64,000 nt of DNA, from NCBI RefSeq assembly GCF_964355755.1, contig NC_092671.1:25060070-25124069 (forward strand), in the 5' to 3' direction. A program made the translations under genes and the position numbers. This DNA is from Antedon mediterranea. Taxonomy: Eukaryota > Animalia > Echinodermata. This document shows, piece by piece, positions 25,825-38,398 of the stretch. How positions within the stretch are numbered: the first letter of the stretch is position 1; each line of letters opens with the position of its first letter. The notes below the pieces were generated by a model, which worked only from the letters and a program-made list of their open reading frames with translations, did not search any database and was not told the DNA's origin.

Positions 25825-28800
25825 GTAAAGTATAGTAACGAGTGCTAAAATGTAATAGGTTATTAGTCATCACTTACTGAATGTGTACGAGACGTGCTGG
25901 TGTTAGTTTGCGATATTATTTTCATCTACTCTGGTGCACAGTGTCAACGCTAGAAAAACTGAACACACTTTCTATGTGTTGTGTGCATTCTCTTTACCAG
26001 GGTGTATGAAAGTAATTATGCACATAAGATTGCTATATGACGGCTTAAATGACAGTTATGAAATTTGTTAAATATATTCATCGATAGAGAGATACATTCA
26101 ATCTCTTGGGCTTTGTTTGCACTGTAGGCAATATTGCATATAGATATGTTGCATGGATAACGCATTTCATTTTCGATTTTGGTAGCAAAATAAATACTGT
26201 ACAACATTTATTTGTATGGATTTCACTATTTTTTTGTACCAAGGACTCTGAATAAATTGCGACTTGTGACAGTATGTAAATATATGAAACAAATATTAAA
26301 TATATTCATGGCAAGAACAAATATGGATTTTATAATATTATCTGCGCTAATGTGTTATTTCAAAACACATAGCCTTTAGCATACATACTGTATAACTTCG
26401 ATAAAGCAACATCCAAATCCAAATACACCAATGTAGAATGGTTGCTTTAGAAATGTTTCCAATGTATTGAAGTAAATTAATAATATCTTATCCATTAAAA
26501 TCTTTTTGTTGAAAACTCCCTTTACAGTATTTACCAAGGTCATTTTAATATAAAAATATCATTCATAATATGACCTTTTATAGGCCTAAGGCCGAATAAC
26601 ATTTTTCTAATCTCTCAAAATAACATATGTTGGAAACCAAATCTGTATTTTCTAAAGACTATTCTGTAGGCCTATAGCATATTTCTATCTTTCAAAAGAA
26701 TTTACAAATAACATTAGAGTCAATGTACTGCTTTTGAAATTTCTCAAAACATATTTATGACGTCAGTATGATTCTTTCTCAAACATACAAAAAGTAAAAT
26801 AGAAGTCATCCTTAAGATTTTCTAGCTAAAATATTTCCAGAAGCAACATATTTATTTCTGTAGGGATCTTCAGATAACGTAATCTAAACTCTCCAGATAC
26901 ATATTCTATAAATAACCAATAGAATTATTTCTAAAACCTCCCCAGATACACATTTCTAGAACCAATATAAGGGTTATTTCTAAAGACTCTCCAGATACAC
27001 ATTTCTAGAACCAATATAAGGGTTATTTCTAAAGACTCCCCAGACAAAATATTTCTATAAATAACCAATAGAGTTTCTTATAAAGACTCTCCATATAACA
27101 TATTTATAGAACCAATAGATTATTATCATTATAAACTAAGTCTCACTTGAGTCTTAGGGAGTGGACTTGAAAGAGTCGTTATTTCTAAAGACCCTCCAGA
27201 TAACATATTTCTTGAACCAATAGTCTAAAAACTCTACAGATAATTTTTATAGAACCAATAGATTTATTTCTAAAGACTCTCCAGATAACATATTTCTAGA
27301 ACCCAATATAGTTCTTTCTAACAACTCTCCAGATAACATTTCTAGAACCAATAGAATTCTTTCTAAAGGCTCTCCAGATAACAATTTCTAGAACCAATAG
27401 AGTTCTAAAATGGGAATAAGGGTTTGTCATATTTAATAGAGTTATTTATAAATTATACAGATAGCATATCAATAAACCTCTAATACTCTCAGGATAACAC
27501 AATTATACAGTTAGCCAATAGTGTTCTTTTAAATGGAAATGTTTAGAAAGAATCATATTAACTTTAACATATTCAATATTTTATCTGAAAAGTCTTAGAA
27601 AAAACTAAAAGAAGGTGTTGTTCAAAATTGACTAATATAATGTGGGTTCCCTTTTAGAATATCCACAATACCTATATGCGGAATGTACCTCCTTATACTG
27701 ACCAGGCACAAGTGTGGATCGACTTGATTGGACATTATCGATGGTCAAGTGTAGTAACAGTTACATCTAGAGATGATGCAGGAAGATCGATGCTAAATGC
27801 ATTCATGAGACTTGTAAACGACAGCAGCTCTAGAATGGGAATAAGGGTTTGTCACATTTATGTCTTCACTATATATTTCCTTTTTGGATTTTAAACATAA
27901 GAATAAAGTAAATTAAACAAACATTTTTCATATCAAAACAGATAGAGAACAGCATAATTTATCAATTTCAATTGAAAACAACCTTGCTTGTTTAATTGGA
28001 AGGTTAAACAAGCAAAACAAACCATTTCAAAAACATATTTATTGGAAAAGATGAGTTCAGCACATAACACTATGTAATAAAATAAGTTATGTATTGAGTT
28101 TTATGGAGTGACAATACGCATTTATTTGAGAATGTTACAAGCAGTTTAAAAGACACAGAAGGGTTGTATTTAAGTTCTTTTTACAATGTCCCTTTTTGTG
28201 ATCCATTTTCCTTAATATTGAAATCTATTGTAGGTACCACCGCCGTAAATTCATCAGTTGATATCTTGTTTGTAGATTGAAAGAGCAGTTTCATATAATA
28301 AAGGACAGACTAACATGACGGGTGTTCTTATGGAAGTCCGAAAAGCGCAATCTACGGTTATTCTTCTTCATGCATGGTAAGTTTTACACAATCACCACAA
28401 GTCCACGCCGATGTCGATGAATTTTTACAAAGGTTTAAATAACAAATTATGAAATGGAATTCTTTAGGTTTAGGCCTACAGTCTAATTCATCAACTGAAA
28501 ATAAGTCCCCTTAGATGGTTAATGTAAGTAACGGAATATTAAACTGTAGCTTAGAGATATATTGTCGGTATAGAATGTGAACAAAGGATAATAAATAAAA
28601 AAGATGTTGATAGCAATGGCAATCATAGCTTAAGATTCAGCGTATTAACATACGTAATTTCAATCGATGTTGATTTGATAAGTTAAAGTAAATGAATGCT
28701 AATGGCAAACTTTCGATCAAAAAAGACAGTATGTGATTTGTATTGCAGCGAAGAGGATGAGGTTGCAATATATTTAGCCGCTAAGGAACTAGGCCTGACC

Positions 28801-31800
28801 GCTGCTGGCTACACCTGGATTAGCGACGAACAAAGTATTGGCGACCGAGCCCTGCACTCAATACCTGAAGGAACGTTGGCTATGCGTCTACCGTATGGCA
28901 ATAACCACAAGGCTCATATTCATGATGTAATTAATATTCTGGTGAAAGGACTTCTTGATCTGGTTCAGAATGATAACATTACACGCCCACCGTCCACTTG
29001 TGCAGACCCGCCTTGGATAAATGGCATGCTGTATTACGGGTAACATGATTTGTTTTATGAAATACTAATTTTCCACTTCCCATTATTTATCATTATTATT
29101 TTCAATATCATATAATTCAAATGTAACTGATCACTTGATCATCGAGATATTTTGCTCCCTAGGCAAAATATCTGTCATATGTGAATGCTATACCATAGTA
29201 AAAAAAAATAAAATAAAAATGTTATAATATATTGAATGATGTGACACACATGCCCTGTATCATAATTTTTGCCGAAATATAAATTATGTCATGAGCCTAT
29301 ACAGAGAATCTGGTACTCATTTTTTTAAATAGTGCACTAATAATGAGGTCTATGTTTTTTTTATACCTGGTGATAGCCCATATTATGGTCTATCACCAAG
29401 TATCAAAAGCAACGTTTAGAGCTTGGATTGAAGACCATCTGGCAAGGTGCTATAGACCTTGCTGAGAGAAATATGTCGTAATGATAAGAGATATCGGACT
29501 ACCATTTGAAAGGCACTGTTCGAGACCACCTGTCTGTAACATATTGCTTGTATTCTTAGAAAAGATACTTTACTATCATTGCCTCGTCCTTTTGATGGGA
29601 CGTGAAGCCGTTAGAGCCAAATGATAATGTAAAATGTATTTTGTAATAAAACGATAACAAATCACCATAGTTGAACAAACCATAGTCAAGACATCAATAA
29701 TTACTGGTAACAACCTGTAGTTTGATGCAAAAGCTAGATTGCTTTCAATAAGTACACTCACAAATTATGCAATTTTGATATGCGAACGTGAAATGACGCA
29801 CATTTATCATAATTACCTTAATAACATACTGGTACATAATTGTCTATTGCGATAAATATATTGATAAATTATTTTATGCATAAATAATATTATATAAGTC
29901 GAACAACCGGTGTCTCGGAAGGGATTATTTGTGTTTGTATGTCCGTGTTTGTAGATTTTAAAACGTATACTTGGCATTATTGCATGCTTGTTATTTGCTT
30001 AGTGAATCCAACACCTAATTTATTTTCCTCGTTTCCCATTTCCATAGGCAGTATATATTATACTTGTAAATTAATATTCAAATAGGTTAAGTAACTTTAC
30101 AATGGGTTTTGTGACATACGCTATACTTTGGTTTTGACAAATCGTTTATAAATGAATACTGTATACATTAATACTTTATCAGGGTGTTAAAAGGTACAAA
30201 ATTATCGGAACTATACTCTGAAACCGGGGAAATATCATTCAGTCAAGAAGGTAATAGGATTTCAAACCACTATAAAATTGTCAACCTACAAAATGGAGTT
30301 TTCAAAACTGTTGGCAAGTGGACTAGAACATCAAAAGTTATTATGAATTCTAAGGTGATATGGCCTGGTGGAAAACCTAACAAACCTGAAGGGTATCGCC
30401 TTTCGACGCATTTGCAGGTAAAGTAAAAATTACATTTTTGTATTTATTTATATTATGTACAGTACTCACATTTAAAATACAACGAATAAGATATTTTTTA
30501 AGTTAATAGGCCTACAAGTTTTCATATACTATTAACATCGTTAATAAAAAAAGAATTTACACTAAGAGTCCATGGCCAACACAATGTTTTTAAATAATGC
30601 TGTAAATACGATTTAACATGATTTAACGATACTTAAAATAAAAAATAGATTCTTAAAATCACTAGTTAATAATATTATGTTATCAATCAAGGTCAACAAA
30701 TCATATTTACAGTATTTGATTCGTTCTAACCTTTGATTAAAACTACTATGCAAATAGATTATTTTTAAATTATGTTATAAATTAAATATATATATATATA
30801 TATTATTGTAACGCCTTCTGTTTAAACTTTTATCCATATCATGAAATATTTATTATGACGTTGTAAATGACGTCACTATATCGATTTATATTAACAACGT
30901 GACGTAATTCCATCCACAAGTGCCACATTAAGTTATCGGAATATAATGTAATTTGGTTAACGACACTTGGTTAACTATCGTAGCTCACTAAGCATACCCT
31001 AGGGATTACATAGACACAAGACAATTTTTTTATTGAAAGACTCATAATACATTTCTTTTGCAATGCAATTATGTATTAGTGCGCTTATTAGATTCTGATG
31101 ATTACTGTTAAATCATTCTAAATAAATATTTCTTTCTTTTTCCTAAAATAAATCTATAAACACTTTAAAACATGATCATAATACATCCTGGGAATTAAAG
31201 TACTAAACATTATTTAAAAACATCAATTTAGTTCCTAAACATTGAATATGTAAATGCATACGACCTATTATTAATAAGGATAAGTTTTCTAATAAAGCAA
31301 TACATATGTTTTCTAATAAAGCAATACATATGTTTTCTCTTTCTAGAACATCTATATATAAATTTACGTAAGGGCAAAATTCGGTAAATCGCGCCTTACT
31401 TCTAGAATTTTTACTCGATGGTATGTAAAGTTGGTTCGTACTTTCGGTACTGATTTTAACCACCTGATGTAACCCTGTTTACTAATTAAATTAAGTTAGA
31501 TAATTAGTTATTGACGATTAAAACGAATTTAGGTTCAACGATTTGCCCCAAATAGGGGTGTTTTCCGATCGTGGTATACACTGTCTAATGGATGTCCATC
31601 TTGAAAAATACCCGCCACAAAAATGCGAGGAGGCTTCGCATTTTCCTATCTCCTCCTACGATAATTGTTTTTAATAGCTGAAAACCGGTTGAACAGTTCG
31701 AGTACAGCATCATAATGTTGAAGACAGGCCGATTTTCTTTAAAAAATACTATTTTGATACATTTAATATACGTTTTTACAAATGTATTGATTTGTGATGA

Positions 31801-34800
31801 ATGGAACATTCCAAATTATTTGGTTTAACCATACAGGTATAGATTTAGATTTATGGGCCCCCTTGGAGAATAAACATAAATAGTATTGCAATGCTGTACA
31901 ATACTGTTAAGGTATTAACCACTTTTGATCGCAATTTGAATCGCAAATTTCTTACTGTGAGTGTTGGTACTGTTAGATGTAATATAAAAATATATACAAA
32001 TAAACTTTATTACTGTGAGTGTGGGTAGGCCCTACTGTTAGATTATAAACATATAATATACAAATAAACATTCCAAATTATTTGGTTTAACCATAGAGGT
32101 ATAGATTTAGATTTATGGGCCCCCTTGGAGAATAAACATAAATAGTATTGCAATGCTGTACGATACTGTTAAGGTATTAACCACTTTTGATCGCAATTTG
32201 AATCGCAAATTTCTTACTGTGAGTGTTGGTACTGTTAGATGTAATATAAAAATATATACAAATAAACTTTATTACTGTGAGTGTGGGTAGGTTCTACTGT
32301 TAGATTATAAACATATAATATACAAATAAATAAACGTTATTACTGACAGTTGCTTCTCAACGTTTGTATTAATTAATAATTTAAAAATATATAAACGTCA
32401 TAGTGGTGTATCGTTACATGTACTTTACTATTTCAATCGACTATGACAGTGAGAGTTTTAACAAAGTACCGTATTAAATCGTAAATGTTTTACTGTATTT
32501 AGGGGTATATTATTTATAGGCCTATAAAACATTAAAACCAATATTTCGTTACTGAGTGGATAAGAATATATTTTAAAATGTTTCCTCTTTGTACCTATCT
32601 TCTTCCCCCATCCCTCAACCCTTAATGTTACATACAAAACACAAATTGGGTTTGTTTAAATGAGTCCAAATAAAAAAATTTGACTCATTTTATTTCTCTC
32701 TCGGAAGTAATTCCCAGGGTGCTAATTTTGGTTGACTACATAAATCATTGTGTATATTTATTCGTTTCTGTAAACGACAATGTATTATAGTCCTGCGGTA
32801 CGTACATTTGAAATCTCCATTTTTTTTCTCGCTGGAAATACTGTGTATTCGAGAACCATCTGTGGGCACGACCTAGATGGTACGCGAGCGAAGCGAGCGT
32901 GCCATCTAGTCTATATAAATTTACGTAAGGGCAAAATTCGGTAAATCTCGGTTTATTTCTAGAATTTTTACTCGATGGTATATAAAGTTGGTTCATACTT
33001 TCGCTACTGATTTTAACCATCTGATGTAACCCTGTTTACTAATTAAATTGAGTTAGGTAATTAGTTATTGACGATTAAAACGAATTTAGGTTCAACGATT
33101 TGCCCCAAATAGGGATGTTTTCCAATCGTGGTATACACTGTCTAATGAATGTCCATGGAAAAATACCCGCACACAATGATAGGAGGTGTTTACTTTATTA
33201 CTGACAGTTCCTTCTGAACGTTTATATTAATTAATAATGTAATTACTGTACAAAAAAATATAAACGTCGTATTAGTGATGTATCGTTACATGTACTGTAC
33301 TATTTCAATCGACTATAAGGTGACAGTTTCAACAAAGTATTAAATAGCAATGTTTTACTGTGTTTAGTCATGGAGGTATAAATACCTCCATGGTTTAGTG
33401 GTATATTATTTGTAAAACATGAAAACAATTAATATTTCGTTACTAAATGGATAAAGAATATATTTAAAAATTGTTCGTCTTTGCACCCATCAAACTCTTC
33501 CTCATCCCTCAACCCTCATGTTGCATACAAAACACAAATTCAGTTTATTTCAAAACAATTGGTCTTATTTTGTGACAAGTTTCTCTTTCGGAAGTAATTC
33601 CCAGGGTGCTAATTTTAGTTGAGTACATAAATCACAGTGTCTATTTATTCGTTCCTGTAAACGACATGTATTATTGTCCATGCGGTACGTACATTTGAAA
33701 TCGCCAGTTTTTGAACGCTGAAAGTACTATGTATTCGAGGACCATCTGTGGGCACGACCTAGATGGTACGCGAGCGAAGCGAGTGTACCATCCAGTAATA
33801 ATAATTGTCTGTCAGTTTTTGTTTAAATTTAGCGCCCTTTATTTTGTCTTTTTATAAGTGAAATAATTATTCTTGTTTGGCATCGTAAACTGCAAAATGG
33901 CATATTGATCTTCCTTACAATACATTTCATTAAATTGTTTTCTGTTTGGCAAAATTGCGTGAGACTAATTGGCCATATAATATAACATGTATCCCAAATA
34001 TTTTGTTATTTTATTAAGACTTTATTTAGGTTGTAGTCATGTACAGTATTATGTGTTGTTCTATTGAAACAGAATTTCTACCTTTAAGAATTAATTAATT
34101 CATCGTTATTATTGGCAATTTCCTAAATATATAAAAACACTAAGAATAGGTCTAGTTAAAATAACATTGTTTGCATAAACATTTTAAATACGTCATCATT
34201 TTGATATATTGTCTATTCTCTAGCATTATTCCCATATTCTCGTAAAAGTACTTTCTGCCTTGATTTTTCCATGACTTGTTTAATGTTTTCGAGTTTGATG
34301 GCATTTTTAATTCCATGTCTGACATTTAATTGTCCGTTGTTGAATTAGAATTTAAAATAAAATACACTACGCAAGAACTCTTGTTGTCAAAACCTAATCC
34401 AATTACTGTTGGGATCGAAATGAGATTTATGCAGACATCCGGGTATGCTGATACTTCAGATAAATGTATCAGAGAAAATTGAATTATTATAATAACTAAT
34501 ATGTTTTAATTACCATTGAAATCATTGCAGTCTGTCTCATGGCCTGTATCATGTAGATACAATTTTCTCATTGTGATTGGTTTATTTGCTGGTTGAATTT
34601 GGTAAATTAATTACTTTTAGTGCCTCCTACTAGGCTGCAGGCTTACATCGTAGGCTGTGTTATGTTCAAGCTGTTAGCTCCTTAGATGATTATAATTTCC
34701 CACTTTCATAAGAGTAGGCCTACTACTGCTTTCAATTCGAATAGAACATTTTGTAATAAAAAGTAGAGGAAATAAATTCATACATTTAAAATAGGCATTT

Positions 34801-36426
34801 CAAGGGCATTTCTTAACAGTATAGGCCTAATACCTGCTATCCTATATGATTAGGAGGGAACCTACACAATTAAATGTAATTGTTTATATTTATTTTATTT
34901 GATGGCACAACTCCGGATCATTTTTCTTTTTTGCTAGCAGTGTAAAATGGTATTATTATTCATTGTAGGTGGTAACAGTAAAAAGTGTGCCCTTTGTATA
35001 CACTGATAAGCCACACCCTGTGAATAGATGTGATGATCAAGGTGGTTTCACATGCTCTGACGGCAAAACAGGTTAGTTTAATTTCATAAAGGTAACACAA
35101 TGTTGTGATTGATAATGGATATATGTTAAGCTTGGTTTCCCATTACTAGAATGCAGCGCAAGGACGTAACGGATTTGACCAATCTCAAGCGATGGATTAT
35201 TCGACCTGTCACTTGTCAACTCACTTGCATTGCGTCGACGTGAGTCCTTGCGTTTCGTCTATAGGCCTACAGTGGGAATGAACCAGGCTTTCGGTAAAGA
35301 TTCTATTGAGTGAGCCCGTATACAAATTGTAACCTCCCGTTGTGCATGCCTTCATTTGTGAATTATTAATAGGTAATACATATTATCGGTGCTGTTCATT
35401 TTACAAACATTGTTTGATTGTTTTGATATTAAAACGCCAGGTGCGGGCAAAATATTATATTGATCATGTCCAGTAATTATCGATCTATAGTTTCCATAAA
35501 ACGGTGTGGTACAAAAGGTTATCAGACTGATGACTAAATATAGGAAATGTAACTTTAATTTCACGTTAAAGTTTGTTATAGCGGTATAGGGGTATTCTTA
35601 TGTAAGAACATTATCTTAGAAAATCGGAGTGCCCTCTATAAGTTTGTTAGTTGTTACCTTGAATATATATTTCGTTCGTGGTGTAGCTGGCCAATGGTAA
35701 CCATGGACTTGGTCCATGATGATCAATGTGCCTGTTAAAACTGTTGTTAGACATTTCACACTGTGTGTTTATTTTTGTTTTAGGTGATTTATTGTGCTGT
35801 AAAGGATTTTGTATCGACCTACTCGCAAATCTTTCAAACTTTTTAAATTTCACCTTTGACCTCCATGTTGTAGCCGATGGACAATATGGTGACTTAGTGA
35901 GGGTAATTTCAATTAATGTTCTATTATATAGATAACATACAGATAAAGTTTACTTACCATTTGACATTAATCTCAAAACATTCTCGTACTAATTCTCCAG
36001 TGGACTGCATTGTGTACTATACCGTGGTGTAAGACACCATTGGCCGACTTCATCTAGGCTACTCACTTTACCTTACTAAATAACCTATTTGTTTTTATCA
36101 TTAGTGGTCTTTTCTTAAATGCGTGTACAATCCATGTAGGCCTACATACATATTTGCAGTTAAACAACATTCGTGTTTAACTTATTCGCCATTATAGGCG
36201 TATTGTTCGGAAGTTAAACTAGAGGCCTAATATATATTATTACATATCTTTTTACTGACAGGTACCTAACTCGACAGAGAGACGATGGAACGGTATGATA
36301 GGAGAAATGTTAGACGGCAAAGCTGATATTATAGTGGCACCATTAACTATTAATAAGGAACGAGTAAAACACATAGATTTCTCAAAACCATTCAAATACC
36401 AAGGACTTACAATCCTCGTGAAAAAG
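25438..36426 (+). CDS. GRIN1: NMDA receptor subunit GluN1 (NR1), partial: signal peptide, ATD and S1 lobe; 8 exons 25438-25824, 27658-27846, 28276-28376, 28749-29039, 30183-30417, 34969-35071, 35784-35902, 36262-36426; 3' exons not in window
   Basis: All introns are GT-AG and phase-consistent. Diagnostic GluN1 peptides: [74 protein letters not shown]. Intron positions agree with vertebrate GRIN1 as I recall them. Confidence 0.95.
26860..27410. repeat. Degenerate ~45-50-bp minisatellite in a GRIN1 intron
   Basis: Recurrent CTCTCCAGATA..ATTTCTAGAACCAATA..TTTCTAAAGA units; period 49 at 26942/26991. Confidence 0.8.
27658..27846 (+). CDS. GRIN1: GluN1 coding exon 2
   Basis: ttttag|[20 protein letters not shown]...; donor agg|gtttgt. 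Confidence 0.9.
28276..28376 (+). CDS. GRIN1: GluN1 coding exon 3
   Basis: tgtag|[33 protein letters not shown]; donor tg|gtaagt, phase 2. Confidence 0.9.
28749..29039 (+). CDS. GRIN1: GluN1 coding exon 4
   Basis: ttgcag|[24 protein letters not shown]...ITRPPSTC..W; donor gg|gtaaca. Confidence 0.9.
30183..30417 (+). CDS. GRIN1: GluN1 coding exon 5
   Basis: ttatcag|; [36 protein letters not shown]; donor cag|gtaaag. Confidence 0.92.
31805..32330. repeat. 262-bp tandem duplication inside Helitron unit 1
   Basis: AACATTCCAAATTATTTGG... at 31805 and 32067, near identical. Confidence 0.92.
33369..33392. mobile_element. 24-bp palindromic mini-insertion with 7-bp TSD
   Basis: GTTTAGT-[CATGGAGGTA TAAA TACCTCCATG]-GTTTAGT; empty site present in Helitron unit 1 (~32495-32507). 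Confidence 0.8.
34969..35071 (+). CDS. GRIN1: GluN1 coding exon 6 (start of S1)
   Basis: ttgtag|[11 protein letters not shown]...C...C; donor g|gttagt, phase 1. Confidence 0.85.
35127..35291. mobile_element. MITE (PIF/Harbinger-like), family shared with 6763-6926
   Basis: AAGCTTGGTTTCCCA.. / ..GTGGGAA..ACCAGGCTT termini; GCAAGGAC / GTCCTTGC subterminal inverted repeat. Confidence 0.6.
35784..35902 (+). CDS. GRIN1: GluN1 coding exon 7
   Basis: ttttag|; [10 protein letters not shown]...HVVADGQYG; donor agg|gtaatt. Confidence 0.93.
36262..36426 (+). CDS. GRIN1: GluN1 coding exon 8 (S1 agonist-binding motif)
   Basis: tgacag|[55 protein letters not shown]|gtgagt. Confidence 0.97.
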
Positions 36427-36815
36427 GTGAGTTGTTTTTAAAAGAAAATTAATATTTAAATAATAATTAGTCAATATTATAAGTTTAATTGTCGATTAGA
36501 TTCATAGAACACAGCATAACTCGTCGATTGTAGTACGTGCGTTGGTGATGTAGTGGTTAACATAGTTACCTTCCAAGCAATTGTCCCGGGTTCGATTCCC
36601 GGCCGACGCAGACATTATAGTTTCATTGTCGATTTGATCCATAGAAACACAGAAAACTCGACTGTAGTAGGCCTACGTGCGTCTGTGGTGTAGTGGTTAA
36701 CATAGTTGCCTTCCAAGCAATTGTCCCGGGTTCGATTCCCGGCCGACGCAAACATTGCGTAGTTTTATTGTCGATTTTATTCATAGAAACGCACCAAAAC
36801 TCGATTGTAGTACGT

Positions 36816-36887
36816 GCGTCGGTGGTGTAGTGGTTAACATAGTTGCCTTCCAAGCAATTGTCCCGGGTTCGATTCCCGGCCGACGCA
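36816..36887 (+). tRNA. tRNA-Gly(TCC), representative intact copy
   Basis: Full cloverleaf with A and B boxes; TTTT shortly downstream. Confidence 0.93.
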
Positions 36888-36952
36888 GACATTTTATAGT
36901 TTTATTGTTGATTTCATCCATAGAAACACAGCATAACTCGACTGTAGTACGC

Positions 36953-37024
36953 GCGTCGGTGGTGTAGTGGTTAACATAGTTGCCTTTAAAGCAATTGTCC
37001 CGGGTTCGATTCCCGGCCGACGCA
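36953..37024 (+). tRNA. tRNA-Gly body with TTA anticodon (potential ochre suppressor)
   Basis: Loop CTTTAAA at 36984-36990; the rest is identical to consensus. Confidence 0.75.
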
Positions 37025-38326
37025 AACATTTTATAGTTTTATTGTCGATTTAATCCATAGAAACACAGCATAACTCGACTGTACACGCGTCGGTGTGGTG
37101 TAGTGGTTAACATAGTTGCCTTCCAAGCAATTGTTCCGGGTTCCATTCCCGGCCGACGCAAACATTTTACCGTTTTATTGTCGGTTTGATCCATAGAAAC
37201 ACAGCATAACTCGACTGTAGTACGCTCGTCGGTGGTGTAGTGGTTAACATAGTTGCCTCCTTCCAAGCAATTGTCCCGGGTTCGATTCCCGGCCGACGCA
37301 AAATTGCATAGTTTTATTGTCGATTTAATCCATAGAAACACAGCATAACTCGACTGTAATACGTGCGTCGGTGGTGTAGTGGTTAACATAGTTGTCTTCC
37401 AAGCAATTGTCCCGGGTTCGATTCCCGGCCGACGCAAATATTTTATAGTTTTATTGTCGATTTAATCCATAGAAACACAGCATAACTCGACTGTACACGC
37501 GTCGGTGTGGTGTAGTGGTTAACATAGTTGCCTTCCAAGCAATTGTTCCGGGTTCCATTCCCGGCCGACGCAAACATTTTACCGTTTTATTGTCGGTTTG
37601 ATCCATAGAAACACAGCATAACTCGACTGTAGTACGCGCGTCGGTGGTGTAGTGGTTAACATAGTTGCCTCCTTCCAAGCAATTGTCCCGGGTTTGATTC
37701 CCGGCCGACGCAAACATTGCATAGTTTTATTGTCGATTTAATCCATAGAAACACAGCATAACTCGACTGTAATACGTGCGTCGGTGGTGTAGTGGTTAAC
37801 ATAGTTGCCTTCCAAGCAATTGTCCCGGGTTCGATTCCCGGCCGACGCAAATATTTTATAGTTTTATTGTCGATTTAATCCATAGAAACACAGCATAACT
37901 CGACTGTAGTACGACGTCGGTTGTGTAGTGGTTTTAACATAGTTGCGTTCCAAGCAATTGTCCCGGGTTCAATTCCCGGCCGACGCAATGTTTTCAAAGT
38001 TTATTAGTCAATGTGATCTGTAGAAACACAGAATAACTCCCTTGTAATGTGGTGTAGTGGTTAACATAGTTGCCTTCCAAGCAATTAATTGTCCCGGGTT
38101 CGATTCCCGGCCGACGCAAACATTTAATAGTTTTATTGTTGATTTCATCCATAGAAACACAGCATAACTCGACTGTAGTACGTGCGTCGGTGGTGTAGTG
38201 GTTAACATAGTTGCCTTCCAAGCAATTAATTGTCCCGGGTTCGATTCCCGGCGACGCAAACATTGCATAGTTTTCTTGTCGATTTTATTCATAGAAACAT
38301 AACAGCATAACTCGACTGTAGTACGC

Positions 38327-38398
38327 GCGTCGGTGGTGTAGTGGTTAACATAGTTGCCTTTCAAGCAATTGTCCCGGGTTCGATTCCCGGCCGACGCA
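38327..38398 (+). tRNA. tRNA-Gly body with TTC (Glu) anticodon
   Basis: Loop CTTTCAA at 38358-38364; the rest is identical to consensus. Confidence 0.75.

Larger units (their letters stand above)
31351..33795 (+). mobile_element. Head-to-tail dimer of a non-autonomous Helitron (units 31351-32909 and 32910-33795)
   Basis: A|TCTATATA 5' end; 3' hairpin GATGGTACGCGAGCGAAGCGAGCGTGCCATC followed by CTAG; exact CTAG|TC junction at 32909/32910; final CCAG|T; no TSD. The two units align over most of their length. Confidence 0.88.

Noticed and set aside
28225-28275. Alternative acceptor or N1-like cassette upstream of GRIN1 exon 3
   Set aside because: Use of the AG at ~28233 gives V-P-P-P-stop; no convincing cassette exon seen.
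31203-33020. Paired ORFs MVKIS(T/S)[14 protein letters not shown]
   Set aside because: Antisense translations of the duplicated Helitron 5' end; no domain evidence.
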